Assembly: GCA_964016885.1 (NCBI GenBank)
Contig: OZ024741.1
Coordinates: 287,742,001-287,806,000 of the forward strand
DNA length: 64,000 nt
Direction of reading: 5' to 3'
Origin: Eledone cirrhosa
Taxonomy: Eukaryota
Shown: positions 11,981 through 25,851 of the stretch, in pieces
How positions within the stretch are numbered: the first letter of the stretch is position 1
Layout: each line of letters begins with the position of its first letter
Translations under genes and position numbers: made by a program
The notes under the pieces: model-generated
The model's database searches: none
What the model was told of the DNA's origin: nothing
What the model saw: the letters and a program-made list of their open reading frames with translations, nothing else

Positions 11981-12271
11981 ATGATGGCTGCCCCCTCGTT
12001 ATCGAGTATGGCCATTACACGAGGAGAAAAAAAAATGTTAATAAATAAATAAAAAAGAAAATAATAATAAAAAAAAAGAAATATATATATATATACACAC
12101 ACACATATACACACATACACACATATATATATACATACACACATATACATTAATGACAATAATAATAATAATAATAATGATAACAACAATAATAACGACA
12201 ACAACAACAATAATAATATACATATACATATATATATACACACACACGCACACACATAAACATATCTATAT

Positions 12272-12349
<78 letters not shown>

Positions 12350-15064
12350 TAGCAACTAACAGCGCTGCGATCGAATGTGGCTTTTTTAGCCCAGCCAATG
12401 ATCTAAAATGTCTTCCACAGAGTCGGCAACCAAAATATTCACTGGGAATAGCTGGCTGTGGTTGGAGTTCATGTACTTTTGCATGTCGCTTGAGCCCTCC
12501 TGCTGATTTACATTCTCTACCACATGTTTGGCAAGCATGATGAGTAGCATCTCCAACAGCAGCCTGGTAGTCAACCACTGGTCTTACTTTATGACTGCGA
12601 AGATGACTTTCGAGTCCAGCTTTGCTTAGGCAGAGTCTCGCACAGACGCTGCATGTCAGCAGCATAGGAGGACCCTCGCCGTCTGGAAGTGCAACAGCAA
12701 TGCCCTTCCTCACATCCCGCTTTACTTTCTCGTATGCGATTCGAGATGCCTCAAAGGCAACTTTTCCCTCATATACAGTCTTTCTCCATTTATTAAGATC
12801 AGCAGCAATATTTTCCCATGTATTAGCAGAGGTGTTAGCGTCTTTCAAAGAGGCTTTCAAGGAATCCTTATACCTCTTTTTTGGTTTATGTGGCGGTCGG
12901 TTTCCTTTAACCAACTCTCCATAAAAGAGTTGTTTTAGTATTCTAGAATCCTTCATCCTGGCAAGGTGACCACTCCAACGGAGTCGTTGCTTAAGCACAA
13001 GAGCTTCTATACTGTCACACATAGAGCTTTCCAAAATCACGACATCACTGATGTGGTCCCTCCAGTGAACGCCATGGATCCGTCTGAGACACATCTGATG
13101 GAAACGCTCCAATTGCTTAAGGTGGTGTCGATATGTGACCCAGGTCTCGCAGGCATAAAGAAGACAAGAGAGCACACATGCCTCGTACACCTTTACCTTT
13201 GTCCTCCTGCATATGTCTCGCCGACGCCAGAGTCGCATTTCTAGCTTTCCGAAAGCATCACTTGCTTTCCTAATCCTAAGTGAGATTTCACTGTCAAGGT
13301 GGCTGTATCGATTGACAGTGCTTCCCAGGTAGACAAACTGATCAACCACTCCAAGTCGTTTACCATGCACATAGATTTTTGGTTCAGTGTACTGCTTACC
13401 AGGGGCAGGTTGGTACATGACGACGGTTTTCTTGAAACTGACAGTCAATCCTAGGGCAGTGCAAGCGTCAGAAAATGCATTCAAAATGTGCTGCATATCA
13501 CTCTCTGTGTGCGCTACAAGATCGCAATCATCTGCATACAAGAAGTCTCTTATGATTGATGTAAATACTTTTTTCTTTGCAGCAAAGCGCCTGATGTTAA
13601 ATATGCTGCCTGAAGTTCGATATCGGATGTAAACACCATGCTCGCAATTCCTGAATGCAATACAGAAAACCATTGCAAAGTATATGGCAAACAGGGTCGG
13701 TGCTAGAATATCCCCCTGTTTCACTCCATTTTTTACTGAGATAGGCTCCGACATGTTACCTCCGACATTAACCCAAGCCTTCATGTCGTCATTGAAAGAC
13801 CTAACTAAAGCAAGGAACTTATCAGCGCAACCAAGTTTCTGGAGAACCTTCCATAATGCATCTCTGTTAACAGTATCGAAAGCTTTTGTCAGATCGACAA
13901 AAACCTGATACAGATCCAAACCTTGTTCCATGCACTTCTCCTGGAGCTGTCTAGCTGAGAAGATCATATCAGTAGTGTCGCATCCAGCACGAAAACCAGA
14001 TTGACTTTCAGGAAGAACACAATCTGCAATGTGTGTCAGCAGATGGTCCAGAAGCACCCTACATAAAACTTTCCCTACGACAGAAAGCAATGATATACCT
14101 CTGTAGTTCCCACAATCATTCCTGTTACCCTTTCCCTTGTACAAGACCACCATTACTGCATCTCTCCACTCCTCAGGTACGGATTCATTAGCCCATATCC
14201 TGCCAAACAAAGGATGAAGATGTTGCAGGAGTTTCTCACCACCATATTGTAGGAGCTCAGCATGTATGCCATCCATACCTGGATACCTTCCACTGTTCAG
14301 CTTCGAGATAGCCACTGCAACCTCCACAAGCGTCGGAGGTTCTGCGAGAGCTACTTTCACAGGACTTTCTAGAATGAGATTGAGGAAATCTTCACTGACG
14401 ACAGACGGCTGATTCAAAAGATCATCAAAGTGCTCTCGCCACCTTCGTAGAATTCCTTGTGAGTCACGAAGAAGTTCTTTGCAATCCTTGCTGCGAAGCG
14501 GTGTCACCAGAGAAGAAGACGGTCCATAAACCTCACGCAAGAGATTGTACAACAGCGTTGTGTTATTGGAATCTGATCCTTCATCTGAGAAAGACTCCGC
14601 CTAACACGTGATTTTACATCCTTGAGTTCCTCATGCAACGTATTCCTCTCCTGTGGTTTTGCCGTCAAGTAGCGTGACAGAGCACGCATCTTATCAGCCA
14701 ACAAGTCTTCTATATGTACATCATTCTCATTAAACCAGTCCTGATGTTTTCTCTGCACCAATCCCAGAACACGCCTGCCTACATCATAAACCGACTTTTT
14801 AAGAGTCGGCCAATCCTCACCAAGATCTGCAGCCTGCATCTCTTCTTCCAATGTCCTCTTCACATTTTTATCCTTAAGACGAGCAGCATTCAATCTTTTG
14901 GGCAGGGCAACACCAGTAGCCCGGATTTTACGTTTAGTGATTAGTTTCACTTTTGCGCGTACCAGGCGGTGGTCCGTCCAGCACTCAGCTCCACGAAGAG
15001 CACGAACACACTGCACATCCTGTCTGTCACGCATAGTGCTGGACCCATGGTACCATGTGACGAC
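11981..15064 (-). mobile_element. RTE-clade LINE, 5'-truncated
   Basis: APE C-terminus (AECWTDHRLV), RT, C2H2 fingers, 3' end gcagccatc followed by (ATGT)n. Confidence 0.92.
12150..15034 (-). pseudogene. RTE ORF (APE end + RT + three C2H2 zinc fingers), frameshifted at ~14550 and ~12385
   Basis: NYRGISLLS, PESQSGFR, FVDLTKAFD, GVKQGD, LYADD, FVYLGS, LYACETW, RLRWSGH. Confidence 0.92.
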
Positions 15065-15188
15065 TCACTCAATCCCACCCCCTCTCTCTCTCTCCCTCTC
15101 TATCTTTCTTTTTCAAATCTTGATCCTTCACCAACTTTCAGATTTATACTATTTAGCATTGTCGCATCACGGAAGCTTGCGGTTTCAG

Positions 15189-15323
15189 ATTTCTGTAAAT
15201 AGTATCAATAACTTTACCTTATACCACATTTCTGTAAATAGTATCAATAACTTTACCTTATACCACATTTCTGTAAATAGTATCAATAACTTTACCTTAT
15301 ACCACATTTCTGTAAATAGTATC
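15189..15323. repeat. 39-bp minisatellite, about 3.5 perfect copies
   Basis: Unit atttctgtaaatagtatcaataactttaccttataccac. Confidence 0.95.
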
Positions 15324-15389
15324 TCTCACTGTTGTTAGTGCTCATGGAATAAAATTCGGTGATTTTCCTTTTTTGCTTTATATGTATGT

Positions 15390-15820
15390 TAATGATACTT
15401 TATTTTATTGACCCCGTAAGGATGAAAGGCAAAGCTAACCTCAGCAGGATTTGAACTCAGATCGTAAAGGGCCATAACTCTATGTCGCTACGCATGTTGT
15501 CCGACGCTCTACCGATTCTGCCTATCCGCCGCCCTCTTTAAAGTTTTAATAATAATTGTTTCTACTTTTGGCACAAGGCCAGCAATTACCCAGTACATTA
15601 CTGGTACTTTATTTTATCGATCCCGTAAGGATGAAAGGCAAAGTTAACCTCGGCGGGATTTGAACTCAGACCGTAGAGGGACGTTTTAATAATAATGGTT
15701 TCTAATTTAGGCACAAGGCCAACAATTTTGGGAGAGGAGAAGTTTAAATCGACCCTAGTACGTTACTGGTACTTTATTTTATCAATCCCGTAATGATGAA
15801 AGGTAACACGTACCTCGAAT
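15390..15820 (-). mobile_element. Three tandem SINE copies/fragments
   Basis: Core gaccccgtaaggatgaaaggcaaag repeated three times. Confidence 0.8.
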
Positions 15821-16737
15821 AGAATTAGATAGTCATTACAAATGAGAAATGTCAACTGCTTCAACCAGCAAGACATTTTATGTTTGCAAGGACAAATTAT
15901 GACAGTTAATTCCAATGATATATTTCATTCGGAAACTAATAACAGAATTTATACTGACCGGATTATCGCCTAATTCTGCTACGACATGTTGAAAAGATGG
16001 AATTAAGTACTTTGATGAAGCAGCCAACGAACAACAAAATTGAAATACATTGAAATACATCAATTCAGCGTTATTCAGAGTTAGCTATCTTAGCAGTTAC
16101 ATTATAATGCATGATTGATTAACTTATATTAATATCCAAATATAGCTGTAGATGTTGAATAGTTTGATCTAATGATATGTTTATTGTATTTTGAAGGGAG
16201 AACATAAATCAGCTTCCGGTCGTGAAAGTTAACTTTACATCCACCGTCTTCGTTCTTTCATTAATCAACTATATCAGTGTCAACGAATTTGAGATTTAGT
16301 AGGATGGGGGGAGGGTATGCAGAGATTGAGGTATGGGGGAGAAAGAGTGAGACAGAGAGAAAGAGTGAAAGAGAGAGTGTGTTGGGGGGGGGGGGTATAA
16401 ATAGATAAATAGATAGAGAGAGAGGGAGAGAGAGAGTGAAAAACAGAGAGTGTGGAGAGATAAATGAATATATATATATATTTATATATACTGTATTCTT
16501 CCCAGGGTCCGGGTAAATATTTCAATCATATCTCAATTTGTTTGACCCATTTAGCTTGTTCGCTTTTTTGGCTATGGTGGTTAATGGCTTCTTAACCATC
16601 GTCTCAGCGTGTATGGCCATTTTAACTTATGTTTATAGCTCTGGTATCTTCTTCTTCATATCCATGGAGCGCTTGTCTGCACAATATGGAAGTTTCGTTT
16701 CGCTAATTTCTACCCGCCGAAATGCGATTCTCGCTAA

Positions 16738-16850
<113 letters not shown>

Positions 16851-17629
16851 AGGATCAATATAACGTAACAATGTTCGGTTTGATACAATCTTGCAGTTAT
16901 CGGTTCTTTTGTCACGACAGTGTACCTATGACTATCTGTACACTCGAAATCAAAACATTTTGGCAGTGCACCAATCAAACTCTAACCCGAGATAATACTT
17001 ATTGACTAAGTTTCTTGTTTCAAATCTGTACGAGTTTGGTCTGTGTTGTATCCAACATAAAATTCGATTTTTCACAGATAGTAGATCGACAATACAGACT
17101 ATATCCTTATAGTTAGATCTAAGGATATGCAAGACAAAAACCGAGATCTCTATGTGAGGGAGATGAAACAGATGCATGTACGGCGCCGTATTGACACACG
17201 GTGTTAAAGGACAGTTTTAAAATCTGGTGGAGCCCAATTCTCTTCAAGTCTGAATACAACAGATTTTTTTTTTATACGGAATATTCGGAAAATACAAACA
17301 AAAGACAGATCCCCTTTTCAGTTGTCTGCTGTGGGTCGTCGAAATATCCGAGACACACAGCAGACAATTGAAGAGGGGATCTGTCCTTTGTTGGTATTTT
17401 TTGTACATTTCTAAACACTCCTTATTGGTAACCACACAGCGCCTTGTCCCTTCTAAATATATATATATATACACACACATATATATATATATATATGTAG
17501 ATAAATCTATAAATAAGTAGATTATATATATATATATACACACATATATATATATATATATATGTAGATAAATCTATAAATAAGTAGATTTATCTATATA
17601 TATATATATATATATGTAGATAAATCTAC

Positions 17630-17775
17630 TTATTTCTGAAGACGGCATATATATGTGTTGGTATGTATATTTAATTTTGATAGTTTGTATAATTTTGTAT
17701 AATTTTGTACATAGATCTGTTGAATATGCATGCCAATTCTAACACATATATATCCTAGAAACGATCGTTAAATAA
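17630..17775 (+). ncRNA. Hammerhead ribozyme with very long stem II
   Basis: TTATTT-CTGAAGA-[..ATATATATGTGTTGG..CTAACACATATATAT..]-GAAAC(GATC)GT-T-AAATAA. Confidence 0.7.
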
Positions 17776-17833
17776 TGAACTTTTTTTGTTTAATATAAGG
17801 AACTATTTCATTGTTTTATTCATTATTTTTTTA

Positions 17834-19524
<1,691 letters not shown>

Positions 19525-19814
19525 GGAAATCAGTAAAATCGAATCTCTGGCGGTTTGCAAGTGAATTCGGCCTACTTATATGAAATGATGAGTTAGCAAA
19601 GCACTCGATAAGATAAGTCCTTAGAGTAATAACATACGTTTAAAAAGCTTGATAAATCTAACATTGTGGTAGGCTAAACTAACACACAATATGTATACCA
19701 GAGCAACGATACCACTAATCAGGTTGAGAAAAAGTACACCTGGACAAATTAAACGAATAGACGTTTAAGACAAATTAGACGAATAGACGTTTAAAGTGTT
19801 TCTCTGAATCCAAA

Positions 19815-19873
<59 letters not shown>

Positions 19874-20416
19874 CTGAGTTTTTTTCGAATTTTCATTTTT
19901 TTTTCAGTAAAGGATAGAGAGTGAGAGAGGAAGTGAGAAAGAGATATAGAAAAATCGACCCCAGTACTATGCTGGTACATTTTTTTATCAATCTAGAATG
20001 GATGAAAGGCAAAGTTGACCTCGACAGGATTTGAACTCAGAGAGCAGAGAGCTGGAATAAATACCACACAGCATTCTATCCAACGTTCTAACGACTCTGC
20101 TAATTCACCACCTTATGAAACAGATATCAGCTGGAAATGTCATCTGTCTTCTGTAGGAGGTGTAATGACTTGGGCATTTTACACTTGGTGAAGTCCACCC
20201 TTCGTCTTATCTGAACCCAGCCATTTTTTTTCAAGTGAAGGAAAGCGAGAAAGAGAGAAAGAATCAACCTCGGAAAGATGTAAGACAAAGTTGAATTAGG
20301 CAATACTTGAACTCTGCACGTGATAATCCGGAACAAATACTGAGGCATTATATGTGCGCGTACGTGTGTGTGTGTATATATACATATATATATATATATA
20401 TTTATTATTAATATAA

Positions 20417-20603
<187 letters not shown>

Positions 20604-20683
20604 TGTGTGTGTGTGTGTATGTGAGCATATATATGTATATTATATACGTGTGTTTGTGCGCGCATGTGCGTATGTGAGAGTGG

Positions 20684-20760
<77 letters not shown>

Positions 20761-21748
20761 TGTGTGTTGTGTGTGTGTGAGTATATATATGTACATATAC
20801 GTGTGATTTTGCATGCATGTGCGTATGTGAGAGTGGATATATATATATATATGTGTGTATATATATATATGTGTGTGTGTGTATTAGTATGCGTGTGTAT
20901 TAGTATGCAGCCAGATAGATAGATAAATAGATGGATTTTTTGTATAATAAATGTAAAAAGTAAATAACTACAATTATGGTATTGCTGAGTAAGTTCTTTC
21001 ATATCCAGTCACTGTTTGATGGTTGAATATCTCGATAGAACACTTTATTCAGTACCACAATCAATACATTTTCTTGAGAATCTATGTACGGAACCATCAG
21101 ACAAATAAATCTCCATAACAATAAATGCGAGCATGTAGCATAAGAAAAAAACTTGAATAGAATTGAATAGAGTTGAATAGGATTAAATAACCGCAGGCGA
21201 GGTCACCTTGTTAAAAGAGTTCTCTTCCCAATCACGTGCTTCCGGTTTGTATCTTACTGCGTAATTTAGGTGATGTCTTCTATAGCCTCGTGTTCACCAA
21301 TTCCTTGCAAGTTGAATTTGCCAGACGACTATAAGTAAAAGTCCGTGAGTGTGTGAATATGTGTACAAATGTGTGTGTGAGTGAGTATGTGTGTGTGCGT
21401 GTGTGAGTGTGTGTGTTGAACAATGAAAATAAAACAATACTCAGAGAATAGTGGTTACTTAGTTCATTGTTTTACGATCATTTCAGAGGGTTGATTTATC
21501 ATGATAGATCGATATATCGATTAGAAGACAGTGGTTACGTCGCTAAGTCGAAATCCCTGATCAATCTCACCATCTTCCTCAAATATATGACAAATGAACC
21601 GACCCATCATATACCTCGAAGTGACTGCCACTTTTCTCCACGGGAAATAAATGTCTACACTCAGCCCAGCTGTATTGAGTACTCATTCAGTTACTGTTTG
21701 AATGTTTTAAACAATACGGTAGTTTACATACAGATTCTAATATATATA

Positions 21749-21851
21749 CAGGGTGCCCCAAAAAATGTATACACACACACTTCAACAACATTCTAATAAA
21801 TATTGCTTGTACTGGTAATCAAACTGTGTATACATTTTTTGGGATACCCTG
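21749..21851. mobile_element. Tc1/mariner-type MITE (103 bp)
   Basis: TIRs cagggtgccccaaaaaatgtatacaca / tgtgtatacattttttgggataccctg with TA on both sides. Confidence 0.85.
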
Positions 21852-21909
21852 TATGAATATATACATCACACACAGATATATATATATACATACGTATATA
21901 TATATATAC

Positions 21910-21978
<69 letters not shown>

Positions 21979-22214
21979 AAATTTAGTACACCATCAACGA
22001 AGCCATGGTTGCAGCCAAGCTAACTAATGCAGTTTCGGTGTGCAACTAAGCACTCGGATAGGGTATATAACCCCAGAGTTATAACATTACGTTTAGACAG
22101 CTTTGCAAAATGAATACAGCGACCGATAGAAGGGCCGCAGTGACCATAACCACGAAAAAGACTGAACTCAGGAATATATGGAATGTAGAAAAGTGACACA
22201 CGAGTTGATATATA

Positions 22215-22720
22215 TAAACAAATAGTAAAAAGGAAAGAAATACAGTAGAAAATGCTGGAGGGATTTTTTCAGTATAATATCAAAACATTTATTTATAAAG
22301 TGGGTATTTCCGCATTTAATCGTGGTACTGGTTTTAGCATTATATGCTTTTTCAGCGACGGAAGTGCAAAGTGCAGTTAAATTGCATATTTATACGAATA
22401 ATAATAAATTGGAGAAGAAAAATTATTAGTTTTTACATACATATTTAGAGAAGAAAGTCCATGTAGGCTCTCCTTCGTTCCCTGCAGAGAATATGTATGT
22501 AAAAACTAATAATTTTTCTTCTCCATTTTATTATTATTCGTATAAATATGCAATTTAACTGCACTTTGCACTTCCGTCGTTGAAAAATGGTATAATGCTG
22601 AAATCGGTACCACGATTAAATGCTGAAATACCCACTTTATAAATAAATGTTTTGATATTATACTGAAAAAATCCCTCCAGCATTTTCTACTGTATTTCTT
22701 TCCTTTTTACTATTTGTTTA
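22215..22720. repeat. ~500-bp palindrome (arms ~230 bp, loop ~22446-22489), each arm with a decayed hammerhead
   Basis: Arms are reverse complements; motif cgtcg-YTGAAAA-..ATGCT-GAAAYCGGTA-CCACG at ~22575-22614 and mirror at 22321-22360. Confidence 0.85.
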
Positions 22721-22730
22721 CATATATATA

Positions 22731-22790
<60 letters not shown>

Positions 22791-22792
<2 letters not shown>

Positions 22793-22978
22793 AACGAGTA
22801 GGACCCCGACGGCTGAGCTTAAACCGTTTCGACGGCTAATTCTGGACTAAGCCGTCGAAACGGCTTGAGCTCAGCCGTCGGGGTCCTACTCGTTCTTATT
22901 TCCCACTCTACTACCCTAAGTATTGAGTACTTTGGTGCATTATGGTCCATCTGGTTCCTTACCACATTTCCTTTGTTA
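22791..22978 (+). mobile_element. Fold-back element carrying the 3' half of a hammerhead (copy 1 of 3)
   Basis: GACGGC..GCCGTC-GAAACGGCT(TGAGCTC)AGCCGTC; palindrome 22792-22895; flanked by (TA)n. Confidence 0.75.
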
Positions 22979-23680
22979 TATATATACATTTATTCATATG
23001 TAACCCATTTGCAACCACGCAGCACGCCATGTTTTCATATTTTTCATATATATTTTCCTCCGCTGTGACCCGTCTGTTTCTTTCTTACTGCTTCCCCTTT
23101 TCTCTGTATATCCCACTTCCTTTTACCCCCTCTACCAGTCACTCTCTCTGTTAGCCTCTTCCTCACACTTTCACTCACTCACTCTCTGCTACTCCCTCTC
23201 CTACTTCCTCCCGTTTGACCTGTGCGAGATGCTTTCCTCACTCACACTTCGATCAGGTCTTTATTCTCTCTCGTCTACGATTTCACAGAACTTATGTTCA
23301 TCGATTTCAGGGACTTGACTCCTTCTTCCTCCCGTTTGACTTGTGCGAAATTCTTTCCTTACTCACATTTCGACCAGGTTTGATGGTCTTTATTCTTTCT
23401 CGTCCACGATTTCACAGAACTTATGTTCATCGATTTCAGGGTCTTGACTCCTTGTTCCTCACTTTTTGTTGCATTACCATCTTTGTTTGTTTACTGTCTC
23501 GCTCATTCCCCTATTTACGTGTCCCAGCGACTTTCTTTAGCCGTTACTCGCACCAACCAGAGGTATATGGTCTTTAAAGCGATGAAATACCAATGAAGGC
23601 TGGAAGATTACTGATGAAGGACTAAATTTATTCATATATATATTATATGAGAAAAACCACAGACCCTCCATCTCAACTCA

Positions 23681-23718
23681 CCTTTTGAAAAGCAGAAGAA
23701 CTGCGAAACCGGTAAAGG
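23681..23718 (+). ncRNA. Minimal hammerhead, decayed core
   Basis: CCTT-TTGAAAA-GCAG(AAGAA)CTGC-GAAACCGGT-A-AAGG; about 70 nt upstream of (TA)n. Confidence 0.6.
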
Positions 23719-23787
23719 AACCAAATAAATATATATATTTAAAAAAAAAATAAGACTTCAGTTGCATTTTCGATTTCATCCCTTTTT

Positions 23788-23846
<59 letters not shown>

Positions 23847-23847
<1 letters not shown>

Positions 23848-25645
23848 TAGCTAAAGTACCCATCCTTTGGACGGTTCAAGTAGCTTTCGATGTAGCTCAT
23901 TAAACTAAACAAAGTAAATTTGAATACATACAAGAAAAACGTACTTTATGTAAACATGAAAACCTTAGGCACTATTCCAGCGAAATAATTAATATGTGAA
24001 CTCGGTGTCATCCGTTATCCCATGTAACAACAGAAATCCAGTCTAGGTATAAATATTTTTGACAACAGTAAAAGCGCATCATGAAATAGAGAAGTGAAAT
24101 GAATAATAGACACTATTATGTACATAGGTTGGAATAACAATACAGATTGGACATAACAAGGGGGAACTGATGGATGAGCAAATCGTTATTAAAAGAGGTG
24201 GATGTTGGGTGGGAGAACTCATTGTCTTTTGGATTATTGAAAAGCAGATTTATACACAACACTTTTGGTTTTTCCGTCAGGAGCATAAATATATAGGTTG
24301 TCAGGATTACCAACTCGAGAACAGCCAACGTAAAACTGACCATGTGAAAAGCAATGGGTTCGAAGATTCAGACCAACAACTTTAAGATATTGGCCTTGAG
24401 ATTTGTTTATGGTCATTGCAAAACTAGGCTTGAGTGGGAATTGTAACCTTTTCATGGGAAACGGACAATCAGAAGGGGTAAAAGGAATTTTGGGAATAAA
24501 AACAGATTCATTTCGCCCGGGTCCTGTGATTATTTCTGCCTCAATTACAAGGTTCATCGGTTGCTTTACCACCAGTCTTGTTCCATTACAAAGAAGGGGG
24601 GGGGGGGTAAATTACGTAGCAGGATAACAGGAGCTCCAACTTTTAGATACAACTCGTGAGGAGGTAGTCCTGGAGGATCCTGAGAGTTAAGAAACTCTGT
24701 TGGGAAGTTGGTCACTTTATCAAAGTCTGTAACAGTGTCAACTGACTTGTAACAGCATTTAATAGAGGGCAACTGACAAACTATTTCGTGGTTGATCAGC
24801 TTCACAGCAGCATTTGTGAGTGCAAGAATAGCCCTCTCACAAAGCCAATCAGGATTCATGAATTCAGTTGAAAGATTTGGATAAACTGAAGAACATAAGT
24901 CATCGGGGGTTGAGACTGAGCGGCCAATGGTAGAAGTGTCAATGTATCCATTGTCGTCGGACTCAAGTTGACCATCACCGATTTGGAGGAGTTGAGTGGA
25001 AAATGGCGTAGACGGACGATCAGTTTGTAATAGCGATTGCATATTAATTGTTAGTTTTTGTGCCTCAACAAACTGCCAAAAAGTGGACTTTTTTAAGCAG
25101 GCGTCCACTTCATCAGCAGGTGATCCATTTGGTACCATGGGAAGGTCTGTTATGACATCACTTAATGTATGAACACCAAGCTTGAAACGATAAATTATAC
25201 AATGTCAAATCTATAACTTAACTTAGTAATCTGTTAGAAGTTGCTGGTTGTGAAATATATAAAATGATATTGTTAGTCTCAAGGAAGCGTACCTTTTGTT
25301 TCAAGTACAAAGAGTAAAGTAAAATCCGAATGAGCCGAATTGTAATAATCAAAATCCCAAAACAAAATGTTTAACAACATCAAAAATGAGTTCCTATTGT
25401 ATTGACGAAAGATAACTCTTGTCTTACTTAATCACAAAAATTGACACAAATAACCGAAACTTTTTGAATGTCTCCAAAGGCCCCAATATCGATTTTTAAA
25501 AGCCTTTGTAGATCATGTACAGGTTTTGTGCAAGGAGAAGCTCTGTAAAAAATTTCAAAGAAATCGCATGAATGGTTTAGAATATATGAGCCCTCATTAA
25601 AAATTGTCCACACACACATATATATATATACCGATATACAGAGAG
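23847..25645 (-). mobile_element. Internally deleted Helitron
   Basis: 3' hairpin CCGTCC-AAA-GGATGG then CTAG|T at 23847-23850; PIF1-like helicase remnant; 5' end approximate. Confidence 0.85.
24234..25138 (-). pseudogene. Helitron Rep/Hel PIF1-like helicase C-terminal fragment, frameshifted
   Basis: ERAILA.TN, GLPPHELYLKVGAPVILLRNL, RLQFPLKPSFAMTINKSQGQ, FSHGQFYVGCSRV. Confidence 0.92.
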
Positions 25646-25758
25646 AGAGAGAAATTAATTCTACATAACTAGACCTGTTTCATTTGTATAGGTGTCCAGA
25701 TGTGATCAGTTAAAAAAAGGTACTCAATACGTTAGTAGAGTATATGCATCCTTATTAT

Positions 25759-25849
<91 letters not shown>

Positions 25850-25851
<2 letters not shown>

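Noticed and set aside
20127-20348. Possible host exon ([11 protein letters not shown])
   Set aside because: Half the ORF is SINE-like or low complexity and no family is recognisable.
22015-22075. Half-hammerhead-like cacaccGAAACTG motifs on the - strand (also 30025-30045)
   Set aside because: Stem III is plausible but no CTGANGA core could be found.
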